Part shown: positions 54,852 to 64,000 of the stretch, piece after piece
Position numbering within the stretch: the stretch's first letter is position 1
Layout of the letters: the number at the start of each line of letters is the position of its first letter
The notes under the pieces: model-generated
What the model was told of the DNA's origin: nothing
The model's input: only the letters and a program-made list of their open reading frames with translations
Databases searched by the model: none
Position numbers and translations under genes: made by a program
Origin: a virus
IMG/VR virus record: IMGVR_UViG_3300045988_066445
Location: 1-64,000 of that record
Reading direction: 5' to 3' (one strand)
Length of the DNA: 64,000 bases

Positions 54852-55689
54852 AAAAATCATTTTCACAGACCGTTCGGACTCTCTACTAACTAGTTATCTC
54901 AAAGATATATCTAGGTATCCAATCCTAGATAGTGATGAGATAATTAGATTAATAGGAGAGGCTCAGAAAGGAGATGATATTGCTAGAGAAAAGATTATCA
55001 AATCAAATCTTAGATTTGTTGTAACTATTGCTAAGCAATTTCAGAATAGAGGTATTCCGTTGATGGATTTAATCTCTAGTGGAAATGAAGGTTTAATGAA
55101 AGCTATTGATAAGTTTGACCCTACTAAGGGAGTAACATTCTTATCTTATGCTGTATGGTGGATTAGGCAAAGCATTTATAATTCTATATATTGGCAGGCT
55201 AGAGAAATTCGCTTGCCAATGTCTCAGCAATTGCTAGTAATTAGCATTCTCGATGCAACTAATAAATTCTTACAATCACACGATAGAAATCCTAGCTCGG
55301 AGGAATTGTCCGAAATAACGGATATTCCAAGAGAGCAGATTGATTATCTAGCACAATTTTCTAATAAATTGGTTTCTGTTGATGATTTTATAGGAGGAGA
55401 TGAAGAGAACAGTCAGGTTTGTGATATTATTCCAGATGGAGAAGAACTCCTCGATGAGCAAGTAAACAAAAGCTATGTAACTAAAGAACTAGAGAATCTG
55501 TTATCTAAATTAACTATTAGAGAACATGATTTATTATGTATGTTATTTGGTATAGGAATGACTCCGGTTAATCCTAAGATTATAGCTGATATGTATGGTG
55601 TAGGGGGAGAAAGAATCAGACAGATGAAAGAAGGAGCATTAGCTAAACTAAGACGTAGATTTTCTAACCAACTTAAAAATTTATTATAA
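54844..55689 (+). CDS. RNA polymerase sigma-70 family factor (phage-encoded, regions 2, 3 and 4)
   Basis: Region 2 FVVTIAKQF...LMDLISSGNEGLMKAIDKFDP. Region 2.4 WWIRQSI. Region 4 IADMYGVGGERIRQMKEGALAKLRR. Confidence 0.8.
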   Translation: MNKKIIFTDRSDSLLTSYLKDISRYPILDSDEIIRLIGEAQKGDDIAREKIIKSNLRFVVTIAKQFQNRGIPLMDLISSGNEGLMKAIDKFDPTKGVTFLSYAVWWIRQSIYNSIYWQAREIRLPMSQQLLVISILDATNKFLQSHDRNPSSEELSEITDIPREQIDYLAQFSNKLVSVDDFIGGDEENSQVCDIIPDGEELLDEQVNKSYVTKELENLLSKLTIREHDLLCMLFGIGMTPVNPKIIADMYGVGGERIRQMKEGALAKLRRRFSNQLKNLL

Positions 55690-56012
55690 TGAAATTAGAG
55701 GAAATTTTACCAGCATTGCGCAGAGGAGAAGTAGTAAGAAGAGGAGTCTTTCAAAGTAGCCTTGTAGTATTTATGCAAATTCCTGCAGAAATTCCTGCAC
55801 AGGATGTCTTGAAGATGAAATCTATACCTATCCAAATGAAGGTTCTTATGGGAGAGTATGAAGCTGGGGTTACTTATCATGACCAGTTTATAATGTATGA
55901 CTTTTCAGACCAAAGTTGTACATACTATCCCTTTGATGGAGAAGATATGAATGCAGATGATTGGGAATTGATTGACCCTATGTCATACGACCCTTATGAG
56001 GACTTTCGATAA
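55689..56012 (+). CDS. hypothetical protein
   Basis: 107-aa ORF with ATGA overlap to the sigma factor gene. Confidence 0.35.
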   Translation: MKLEEILPALRRGEVVRRGVFQSSLVVFMQIPAEIPAQDVLKMKSIPIQMKVLMGEYEAGVTYHDQFIMYDFSDQSCTYYPFDGEDMNADDWELIDPMSYDPYEDFR

Positions 56013-56259
56013 TTATCCAGTAGGAGCAGCTGACGATCCTAGAGCACCCTATAACGAACCATTAGCAAGAAATGTTAAGGTAGAAGTAGGAGTTGAACTA
56101 GGGACAATGGTAGATATTGAAGTAGTTGGAGACCTCTCAGAGGACATAATGCAAGAGTTGGTTAAAGATAAAGTTATCGAAAAACTGAATATAGATAATG
56201 AGGATATTGTCCTTAATGATATAACAATCTATAGTCACGATGATTTATCTAGTAAGTAG
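55972..56259 (+). CDS. hypothetical acidic protein
   Basis: 95-aa ORF. Confidence 0.3.
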   Translation: MTLCHTTLMRTFDNYPVGAADDPRAPYNEPLARNVKVEVGVELGTMVDIEVVGDLSEDIMQELVKDKVIEKLNIDNEDIVLNDITIYSHDDLSSK

Positions 56260-58678
56260 AAATAAAACTCTCTTTCGCCCTGAGAAGTATCAACATATTC
56301 CTTTTGAGGAGGCAATGGATTTTCTGTTGCCTTTGAAAAGGGTTCAATTTGATACTGAGACTATGGGTCTTGATGCTCATACTAAAGATTTATTAACTGT
56401 TCAACTTGGAAATAGAGATAACCAAGTTGTATTCGATTGGACTACCCTAACAGAATGTGAAAAAAGATCTTTAAAGGACTATCTAGAATCTGGAGTACTA
56501 GTTATTGGAGTTAATCTAATGTTTGACTTGTGCTTTATGTATGTTCAAGGTATATATCCTAAGAAGATATATGACATAATGTTGGCTGAACAACTAATCT
56601 ATTTAGGATATCCGAAGATTATAACTAATGAGCTGTATAATGAACTTGGGGTAGAACTTCCAGGATACGAGTTTATACAAGAGGCAGGGAAACTTCCTTA
56701 TTATGAGCTTAGTTATTCTTTGAAAGCTATGGCTAAGAGGTATCTTAATATAGACATTGATAAAACAGTCCGAGGCAAAATTATAAATGATGGTCTTACT
56801 GAGGATGTGATTGTTTATGCTGCTGGAGATGTCATGTATCTGGAGGACATTCTAGATAAGCAGATGGAGGAACTTAAGCTTCAAGACCTAGTTTTGGCCG
56901 CAGAGTTTGAGTGCGAGTTTGCTAAATCCTTAGCTTATGTTAAACATTGTGGAGTTCATCTTGATGTTGCTAAATGGAAAAACAAGATGGCTAAAGATTT
57001 ACTTAAACTCAAGACATCTGAGCAAGAGTTGAATGATTGGGTAGTAGAGTGGGATTCTAAAAGAGTTAAGAACGGAGATTGGGATATTCGTTATCCAGAA
57101 ATGGATTATGATAAGCCTGATGATATAGCAGAGGAGGAAAGAAGATTATTAAAGGATAAGTATGTACGCTCTCCAAAAGATGACCTAGAAGTGCCTTATC
57201 AGAGCTTAAAATTGAAAGCTTATAAGAAGAAGGTATCAAGTCTATTTACCAAGATAGATTTGCAAGGAGACCTATTTTCTGGTTTTAATGATAAACCACA
57301 GTGTGTTATAAATTGGAGTAGTTCTAAACAAGTAATCAAACTGTTCGAAGTCTTAGGCATTGAAGTTGATACTTTTGATAAAAAGACGAAGAAGAAAAAG
57401 AAGTCCGTTGAGGCTAAAATGCTTAAGCCTCAAAAGGATAAGTTTCCTATTATCCCTATTTATTTGAGGTATCAGGAAGCTGCAAAGGTGGTTTCTACCT
57501 ATGGAGAAAACTGGCTAAAGGCAATAAACCCTAAAACTGGAAGAGTCCATGCAGACTTGCACGTAATAGGAACTGATACAAGTAGAATATCATCTGGAGG
57601 AGGTCCTTACAAAGTGAATGTGTTGAATCTCCCTAGAGATAAGGAGACTAGAGCGTGCTTTACCTCAGAGAAAGGTAATCTATGGGTTTCTTGTGATTAT
57701 ACTGGACAGGAAAGTGCTATTACTGCCTCCGTATCTAATGACCAGAAGATGATTAATATTCTTGAGTCTGGAGGAGATATGCATAGTGAAGTAGCAAAAA
57801 TGTGCTGGCCCGATCTTCTTGGAAAATTAACTGTTGAAGAAGTTAAAACCAAGTATAAGGGACACAGACAAGATGCGAAAGCTGTTGAATTTGCTATTTT
57901 CTATGGAGGTGATGATAATACTTTACACGTCAATAGTGGGTTTGACAAGAAGGATGCAAAGAACATTTATGATAACTTTATGAAGGGTTTTTCTGGAATT
58001 GCAGAATACCAGGACTATTGTAGAAAAGCAGTAATGCGAAATGGGTATATCCTAATGAATCCTATAACTAAGCATAGAGCACACATATTTGACGCAAAGT
58101 GGATGTTCAAAATGCAGGAAAAATTCAAGGAGGATGGATATTGGGAATATTATAGAGAAATGAAGCGTGATGCTCCAAGCTGCGATACTGTCCAACAAGT
58201 AACTAGATATTTCAGAAGGAAGTCAGACTCCGAAAAGCAATCTATTAATTATAGGATTCAGAATAGAGGCGCAATGGCTTTTAAGCTAGCAATGATAAAG
58301 CTATTTAATTGGATTATGAATAATAATTTAATTGATATTGTTCTCTTATGTGTTACTCCGTATGATGAGATAAATTTGGAATGTCCAGAATCTATAGCAG
58401 AAGATATGGCTAATGTTCTAGTTAAATGTTTAGCTGATGGAGGAAAGCCATTCTGTACTAGAGTACATCTTGGAGCTGACGTAGCTAGAATGTCCAAATG
58501 TCATACTAATTTCAGTGTAGCAGATAAAGTTATAATGGAGAATGGTGATGTTGTGGATTGTTTAGATGGAGTATTTTATAATATAACTAAGAATACTACG
58601 TATCCAGAGTCTGAGGTAAAAGGGTATAAGGATTACATTGAAGCTGATGGACCTTTGCCTAATTATTGGATTCATTAA
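56240..58678 (+). CDS. polA: DNA polymerase I (family A) with N-terminal 3'-5' exonuclease domain
   Basis: Exo I VQFDTETMGLD. Pol motif A CDYTGQESAI. Motif B RQDAKAVEFAIFYG. Motif C TPYDEINLE. Confidence 0.9.
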   Translation: MIYLVSRNKTLFRPEKYQHIPFEEAMDFLLPLKRVQFDTETMGLDAHTKDLLTVQLGNRDNQVVFDWTTLTECEKRSLKDYLESGVLVIGVNLMFDLCFMYVQGIYPKKIYDIMLAEQLIYLGYPKIITNELYNELGVELPGYEFIQEAGKLPYYELSYSLKAMAKRYLNIDIDKTVRGKIINDGLTEDVIVYAAGDVMYLEDILDKQMEELKLQDLVLAAEFECEFAKSLAYVKHCGVHLDVAKWKNKMAKDLLKLKTSEQELNDWVVEWDSKRVKNGDWDIRYPEMDYDKPDDIAEEERRLLKDKYVRSPKDDLEVPYQSLKLKAYKKKVSSLFTKIDLQGDLFSGFNDKPQCVINWSSSKQVIKLFEVLGIEVDTFDKKTKKKKKSVEAKMLKPQKDKFPIIPIYLRYQEAAKVVSTYGENWLKAINPKTGRVHADLHVIGTDTSRISSGGGPYKVNVLNLPRDKETRACFTSEKGNLWVSCDYTGQESAITASVSNDQKMINILESGGDMHSEVAKMCWPDLLGKLTVEEVKTKYKGHRQDAKAVEFAIFYGGDDNTLHVNSGFDKKDAKNIYDNFMKGFSGIAEYQDYCRKAVMRNGYILMNPITKHRAHIFDAKWMFKMQEKFKEDGYWEYYREMKRDAPSCDTVQQVTRYFRRKSDSEKQSINYRIQNRGAMAFKLAMIKLFNWIMNNNLIDIVLLCVTPYDEINLECPESIAEDMANVLVKCLADGGKPFCTRVHLGADVARMSKCHTNFSVADKVIMENGDVVDCLDGVFYNITKNTTYPESEVKGYKDYIEADGPLPNYWIH

Positions 58679-58814
58679 CGAATAAGGGGCTATAGTAGTG
58701 ATGCCAAACCTGAGCCCCTGAGTAGGCTTAAGAACAATCAGCCGAACAGCCATCCTTGTAATGAGGTAGGAGTGCAGTTAGGGCATCATTTTTAATTCTA
58801 ATTTAAGTACTTAT

Positions 58815-59096
58815 ATGAAAAAATTATTAATTTTATTGATTACAGTGTTAGCTTTGTGTACTGCGTGTGCAGATAGTAAAACCTTTGAGAGAGCAGACGG
58901 AACTAAGTTCGTTGCCGAACCATATGGATGGGCAAATTATCAATCTAAGAAGATTGAAGGAGTAACATATGAAGCATGTTTTGAGAACATTGTTTGGGAT
59001 ATTGTTGCTATAGAAACCGTAATTGTTCCAGTATGGTTAACTGGCTGGGAATTGTACGAACCAGTTTCTTATACCGAACCAAATGTTACTAAGTAA
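58815..59096 (+). CDS. lipoprotein
   Basis: Signal MKKLLILLITVLALCTACAD with a lipobox. Confidence 0.45.
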   Translation: MKKLLILLITVLALCTACADSKTFERADGTKFVAEPYGWANYQSKKIEGVTYEACFENIVWDIVAIETVIVPVWLTGWELYEPVSYTEPNVTK

Positions 59097-59243
59097 TTAT
59101 GGATACTTATACACCAATGAGAGCTATGATTGTCTGTGCTAATGGCACAGGCGATTATATAAAGAAAGAGGATGCAATTAAGGCTTTACAAAATATTTTT
59201 GAAGAAGATTCTCAGAAAATAATAGAAGTTTTTTTAAAAGAAT

Positions 59244-59600
59244 TTGGATATGAAGATACAACTACCGGAACTTGATGTAATAAGCTGTAATGGCTCTTGG
59301 ACGGGTTTAATCTTAAAGAAACATCTTACATTCGACGAAGCTCGTTTTATTGCAGCATCAGCATTAGGAGTAAACATGGATTTACTCTTAGATGATTGGT
59401 GGGCAAGAAGTATTGATGGGGAAGACGATATTAAGGATGAAATTGATGATTTTACTAATGATGTAGAAGGGCTTCTTACTGGTGAAAATACTTGGGATTA
59501 TTTTACTAATAGGTGGACTTTAGAGGAGGGCCTAGAGGACATATGCCCTACAATGTTTCTCCAAATGGTTTATGAAGCTAATTATTTAGGCTTATTATGA
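59244..59600 (+). CDS. hypothetical acidic protein
   Basis: 118-aa ORF. Confidence 0.35.
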   Translation: MDMKIQLPELDVISCNGSWTGLILKKHLTFDEARFIAASALGVNMDLLLDDWWARSIDGEDDIKDEIDDFTNDVEGLLTGENTWDYFTNRWTLEEGLEDICPTMFLQMVYEANYLGLL

Positions 59601-60067
59601 AAGTAATTTTCTTAGATATTGATGGAGTCTTGAATAGTAATGATTGGTATGTCAAGACTCGTGGTGTTGGAGGATACAATGGAGGAGACGTTGATCCAGA
59701 ATGTATTGAGCTTATAAATGATTTAATAGATGCTACTGGGGCTAAAATAATTATGTCTTCATCATGGAGGTCTGATTATGAAAATTCTTGTGAATATTTG
59801 TATGACAATGGCTTATATTGTGATGCAATTATAGGAAAGACTCCACACTTCTGCTATACTTGTCAGAATGACGATATCAGAAGCACACTTTGTAGAGGAA
59901 ATGAAATACAATACGTATTAGAGTCAGAGGATATAACTAATTATGTTATCTTTGACGATGATCAGGACATGCTATATTCCCAGAAGGATAATTTTATCCA
60001 TATAGATTATATGCATGGTATTACGAAAGAACATATTGAACAAGCAATTAAAATATTAAACAAATGA
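59597..60067 (+). CDS. HAD-superfamily phosphatase
   Basis: N-terminal motif I FLDIDGVLN (DxDGV). Confidence 0.5.
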   Translation: MKVIFLDIDGVLNSNDWYVKTRGVGGYNGGDVDPECIELINDLIDATGAKIIMSSSWRSDYENSCEYLYDNGLYCDAIIGKTPHFCYTCQNDDIRSTLCRGNEIQYVLESEDITNYVIFDDDQDMLYSQKDNFIHIDYMHGITKEHIEQAIKILNK

Positions 60068-60288
60068 CTGTAGATTTTATAACAACAGAAGTATTAACTG
60101 ATGACCAAATTCTTAGAGGGTTTGGTGAGACACTATGTTATGGAGAAGGTAAGTTTACTGAAAATGACTTCTTTGAGTCCATTGGAAGTTCTTTAGATAC
60201 CTATGGATCATGCATGACAGAATCCTCAAAGGGAGAAGTTATTAAACAATTAAAGGTATTACTAACTAAACTATTAGAGGAACTATGA
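60064..60288 (+). CDS. hypothetical protein
   Basis: 74-aa ORF. Confidence 0.3.
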   Translation: MTVDFITTEVLTDDQILRGFGETLCYGEGKFTENDFFESIGSSLDTYGSCMTESSKGEVIKQLKVLLTKLLEEL

Positions 60289-60683
60289 GTAGTTATTTAA
60301 ATATATATGGAGTTCCGAAAGAAGGAGAGCCAATAAAGATTGTTAGCTTTAGTAGGTCACATTGTGTATATTCTCCATTCTGCGATACCCTAAATATAGC
60401 ATGGGCGGGAGAAAACAAAGTCTACACAGACTTAACTACAAGCGACGTAGAGCAAGTTATTAAAGATATAAGCTCTGATTTGAAAAGTGCTAATAGTAGA
60501 TTGCAAATATATGAAAAGTATGCTTCTCAAAATCCTGAATATATTCAGGAAATTATAAGTCTGCAAGAATATATTGAGGAGCTTAACACTACTATACATT
60601 ATTGTGAAATGATAGGTATTATAGTGATGCACAGCTCTTTGTCTTTTTCGGGATTTAGTAAAATCTGCTGTAATATATCATGA
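60285..60683 (+). CDS. hypothetical protein
   Basis: 132-aa ORF. Confidence 0.35.
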   Translation: MSSYLNIYGVPKEGEPIKIVSFSRSHCVYSPFCDTLNIAWAGENKVYTDLTTSDVEQVIKDISSDLKSANSRLQIYEKYASQNPEYIQEIISLQEYIEELNTTIHYCEMIGIIVMHSSLSFSGFSKICCNIS

Positions 60684-60874
60684 GATTTAAGTTAGAATTT
60701 ACATTTGATATTTCTGACAGCTCACTGCTGATAGATGCCAATGACGGTAGAGATGAGGAATACACTAGCCTAGAAGATGTACCAGAGGATACTCTAATGG
60801 ATGTAGTATACCATTATTTAGATGGGGTTGTAGAAGGTATGACTTACGATGAAGTAACAATTAAGAAATTATGA
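60680..60874 (+). CDS. hypothetical acidic protein
   Basis: 64-aa ORF. Confidence 0.3.
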   Translation: MRFKLEFTFDISDSSLLIDANDGRDEEYTSLEDVPEDTLMDVVYHYLDGVVEGMTYDEVTIKKL

Positions 60875-61188
60875 AAAGGTTTCTAATACATGTTAGCACC
60901 TACTGGTGTGGAATGGACGACACATTTAGAGCAGTTGCGGAAGATGAGACTCAACTATGGGATCTAGCCGAAGAGCTAGCTTATCAAAATTTCCAGTCCT
61001 ATGGGCTAGATGAAGAAATAGCTGAAGACCAGGGATATAACCCAGATGAAATGTCAGAGGAGGACTGGGATAAGATGTGGGGTGAAGTAGACGAATCTGC
61101 TTACTACAGTCATAGTATTGAGGAATTTGACGGTAATAGTACAGAGTGGGAAGAATACGGAGGAGAGGTATATGGAAGAGAAGGTTAA
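60871..61188 (+). CDS. hypothetical highly acidic protein
   Basis: 105-aa ORF, Glu/Asp-rich. Confidence 0.35.
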   Translation: MKRFLIHVSTYWCGMDDTFRAVAEDETQLWDLAEELAYQNFQSYGLDEEIAEDQGYNPDEMSEEDWDKMWGEVDESAYYSHSIEEFDGNSTEWEEYGGEVYGREG

Positions 61189-61648
61189 ATTCTATGATAG
61201 AGAAGAACTAGACTCTAAGGATATACTGGAACTTATTAGAATATGGGAAGGTGGAGCTGGAGAATCATTTACTGATTACTGCTGCTTTCAGCGTCAAAGT
61301 GATGCAGACTTTCTAACCTTTCTAAGTATTTGGTATGAACCTCTATATGATTACTGTGTCAATCGTATAGTAGAGGAAGGTGGTAATTACTTAGAGTATA
61401 CTATACAGTATGTAGCAGATTACTGTGTAGATTATTATACTAGTTGGATTCCTGGGGATAACCCCGAGTTCTGGGATAAATCCTATGAAATAGGAATGTA
61501 CCCATTGGCACATTTTATAAAGAAGAATGACCTAGCTTGGAAAGCATTTGTGGAGTTTTTCACAGATACTGATAATACATGCTCTGGGACTCCCTATATT
61601 GATTGTTACAACATTAGAAAACAGTTTGAAGATGACAGAAAGTTTTAA
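61173..61648 (+). CDS. hypothetical protein (start set to the first Met after the upstream stop region)
   Basis: In-frame Met (MEEKVKFYD...) inside track ORF 61118..61648. Confidence 0.35.
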
Positions 61649-62375
61649 ATTTTATGAAGTAGGTGGTAAGATACGTGATGAACTCCTTGGATTAAAGTCC
61701 AAGGATGTTGATTATGTTGCTGTACCCACCAATGAATTGTTATATAAAGATTACACTGCCGAAGAAATGTTTAAACTTCTTTATGCTGACTTGGCGATGG
61801 AGAAGTTTGAAATCTTCTTAGTAACCCCAGAGTGCTATACTATACGTGCTAAATTCCCAGAGGGGTACAAGTATCAAGGTGTAGCGGACTTTGTAATGGC
61901 AAGAAAGGAAGTGAGCTATCCTCCAGGTACTAGAATTCCAATTGTACAACCGGGTAATCTTTATGATGATTTATCTCGTAGAGATTTCACTGTTAATGCA
62001 ATGGCTAAAGACCCTGATACTGGTGAGATTATTGACTACTTCGGTGGTATGGAGGATTTAAGAAACAGAGTATTGATGACTCCTTTAGACCCTCTTACAA
62101 CCCTTGATGATGACCCTTTGAGAGTACTTAGAGGAGTAAGGTTTGCTATTACTAAGGGTTTCGTTATACCAAAAGACCTAATGTATATTATCCAACATTA
62201 TCCTTATAAGCATAAAATGTATGTAGTCTCAGAGGAGAGAATAAGGGAGGAACTCACTAAGTGCTTCAAGTGTAACACCATTGAAACCTTAGAGTTCTTG
62301 CATGAGATTCCCAGACTTAGAGATTATATATTCGAGAGGACTAATCTATGGTTAAAGCCGACTAACGAGAAATAA
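61632..62375 (+). CDS. tRNA nucleotidyltransferase (CCA-adding enzyme / poly(A) polymerase head domain), minimal form
   Basis: FYEVGGKIRDELLG...KDVDYVAV matches GGxVRDxLLG...DxD. RRDFTVNAMA matches the RRDFTINA motif. Confidence 0.7.
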   Translation: MTESFKFYEVGGKIRDELLGLKSKDVDYVAVPTNELLYKDYTAEEMFKLLYADLAMEKFEIFLVTPECYTIRAKFPEGYKYQGVADFVMARKEVSYPPGTRIPIVQPGNLYDDLSRRDFTVNAMAKDPDTGEIIDYFGGMEDLRNRVLMTPLDPLTTLDDDPLRVLRGVRFAITKGFVIPKDLMYIIQHYPYKHKMYVVSEERIREELTKCFKCNTIETLEFLHEIPRLRDYIFERTNLWLKPTNEK

Positions 62376-62377
62376 AT

Positions 62378-62602
62378 ATGTATTGTATCTTATCTAATGC
62401 AAGACTTTCTAAGGAATTGAAGAACTTCCCAATAGTTAGAGAAGTTTCTTTTACTGATATAACAGAAATTAGGAAGCATACCGGCTTAGGTGTTTATCTA
62501 TGTAAGCTTTTAGCTCAGCGAAGCAAAAGTGTAGAGGAAGCAACGGATTTATTAAACAAATCGCTTTTAAATATTGAAAATGGAAGAATACAAAATACCT
62601 AG
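62378..62602 (+). CDS. hypothetical protein
   Basis: 74-aa ORF. Confidence 0.3.
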   Translation: MYCILSNARLSKELKNFPIVREVSFTDITEIRKHTGLGVYLCKLLAQRSKSVEEATDLLNKSLLNIENGRIQNT

Positions 62603-62930
62603 TGATTATGAACTTGATGGATTAGCTGAAGACTACGTCTGTTCTTTAAATGATGAAGATCTGCCTGTACTAGAGGAAGAATTAACCGAAGAATGTTTAA
62701 GGGAATTCCTTAACGATAGAGGATATGAGTTTGTAGAAGAGCAAAGAGATAACTTTATAAACTATATACTGTATAGCTCTGATGCTAGCTATGAGCGGAT
62801 GCGCGAGGATGCAAAACAAAACTTTAGAGATTCTTTAGAAGAAGTTATAGAATCTGCAGATGATATATTATCTAATGAAGATAAACTAAAGATTATAATC
62901 TCAGTTACTAATTACAATTTTGGTGATTAA
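62574..62930 (+). CDS. hypothetical acidic protein
   Basis: 118-aa ORF. Confidence 0.35.
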   Translation: MKMEEYKIPSDYELDGLAEDYVCSLNDEDLPVLEEELTEECLREFLNDRGYEFVEEQRDNFINYILYSSDASYERMREDAKQNFRDSLEEVIESADDILSNEDKLKIIISVTNYNFGD

Positions 62931-63219
62931 AATGGTTGATCAAGAAAGTCTTTACAGAAAGGCTATTGTTTGCTATGGATTTCCTGCCCAAGCTGCCATG
63001 ATGGTAGAAGAATGTAGTGAACTAACTAATGCTATCTGCAAATTTAGAAGAGGTAGAGTTAATGAGGACGATATTATAACTGAAATTGCTGATGTTATGA
63101 TTATGTGCGAACAAATGGCTGCTTACTTTGGTAAGGATAAAGTAGCTTTAGAAAAAGAAAATAAATTAGAAAGATTAGAAGAACGTTTAGCTAAATACGA
63201 ATGGGAACAAGAAAATTAA
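62920..63219 (+). CDS. MazG-like nucleotide pyrophosphohydrolase (small single-domain form)
   Basis: VEECSELTNAI...EIADVMIMCEQ matches the MazG EExxE...E/D helix pair. Confidence 0.5.
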   Translation: MVIKMVDQESLYRKAIVCYGFPAQAAMMVEECSELTNAICKFRRGRVNEDDIITEIADVMIMCEQMAAYFGKDKVALEKENKLERLEERLAKYEWEQEN

Positions 63220-64000
63220 TTATTTGTAGAGGAATACAAGGCTCAGGTAAATCTACTTGGGCTAAGCAGTGGTGTCATGAAGATCCAAAGCATAGAGTAA
63301 GGTTTAACAACGATGATATTCGTAATATGTTAGGAGATTACTGGGTTCCGGATAGAGAAAAGTTAGTAACAGAAGCTAAGGCGAATATGATTACATTTGC
63401 TTTAATTACCGGATATGATGTAGCAGTAGACAATATGAATCTTAATCCCAAGGAAGATACGTGGATTAGAACTCTATGTACTAATATAGAAAAGGATAAA
63501 GGAATTCATATTGATATAGAATATAAAGACTTTTTCATACCAGTTGAAGAATGTATTCGTCGTGATGCTATGAGGCCTAATCCTATTGGAGAAAAAGTTA
63601 TTAAAGATACTTGGAGACGTTACAGAACTTTTATAATTCAGCAAAACATTAATGAAATGCTAAGCAAACGTCCAGAGCATGTAGACGGGGCACGTCCTGC
63701 TATATTGGTTGATATGGATGCTACCTTATGTCTAAATACTACTGGTAGACCGTATTACGGTGAGGGTGCTGCCGAAGGTATGTTAAATGATATAGCAGTG
63801 GAAGGAATATGCAACCTTGTAAAATCTCTATATGAGAAACGTACCATATTTATCATTACAGGTAGAGAAGGAACTCCAGAAATTATAGAAGCTACTAAAA
63901 AGTGGTTAGACTCAAACAGTATCAAGGTTGATGGTTTATTCTTCCGACCAGTAAAGGACTACAGTCCTGGAGCTGAGTGCAAGAAGAAAATCTATGAGGA
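63211..64000 (+). CDS. pnk: polynucleotide kinase / 3'-phosphatase (T4 Pnk-like), partial; continues beyond the window
   Basis: N-terminal P-loop kinase ICRGIQGSGKSTWA. Downstream HAD phosphatase motif I ILVDMDATL and motif II FIITGR. Start overlaps the upstream stop. Confidence 0.75.

Overview
This window is AT-rich (about 35% GC) with essentially every credible gene on the + strand and tightly packed. It looks like part of a large virulent (jumbo-type) bacteriophage genome. Bacteroidota-style lipoprotein and signal peptides (SAQ / LSSCG), the near-absence of Shine-Dalgarno sites and an anaerobic ribonucleotide reductase point to an anaerobic Bacteroidota-like host; this is inference only. 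Recognisable content follows. (1) A dispersed array of at least 20 tRNA genes, none with an encoded CCA end, several atypical or fragmentary, plus a phage-borne tmRNA. (2) A tRNA repair and maturation kit: T4-like polynucleotide kinase/phosphatase, an ATP-dependent RNA ligase, a minimal CCA-adding enzyme, a MazG-like protein and HAD phosphatases. (3) A replication module: SF2 helicase, DnaB-like helicase, Sak4-like ATPase, SSB-like protein, Toprim primase, family-A DNA polymerase, ATP-dependent DNA ligase and RNase H. (4) Nucleotide metabolism: NrdD/NrdG, dUTPase, 5'-nucleotidase and two calcineurin-like phosphoesterases. (5) NAD+ salvage: NadV-type NAMPT and NMNAT. (6) An RpoD-like sigma factor. 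(7) Two SPFH membrane modules (NfeD plus flotillin, and a prohibitin-like lipoprotein with small TM proteins), an OmpA-like protein and a glucosaminidase-type peptidoglycan hydrolase. (8) A free-standing HNH homing endonuclease embedded in the tRNA array and flanked by the two halves of a broken tRNA-Asp paralogue. No CRISPR array, integrase or reverse transcriptase was seen. All coordinates and motif calls were made by eye and have not been checked by computation.
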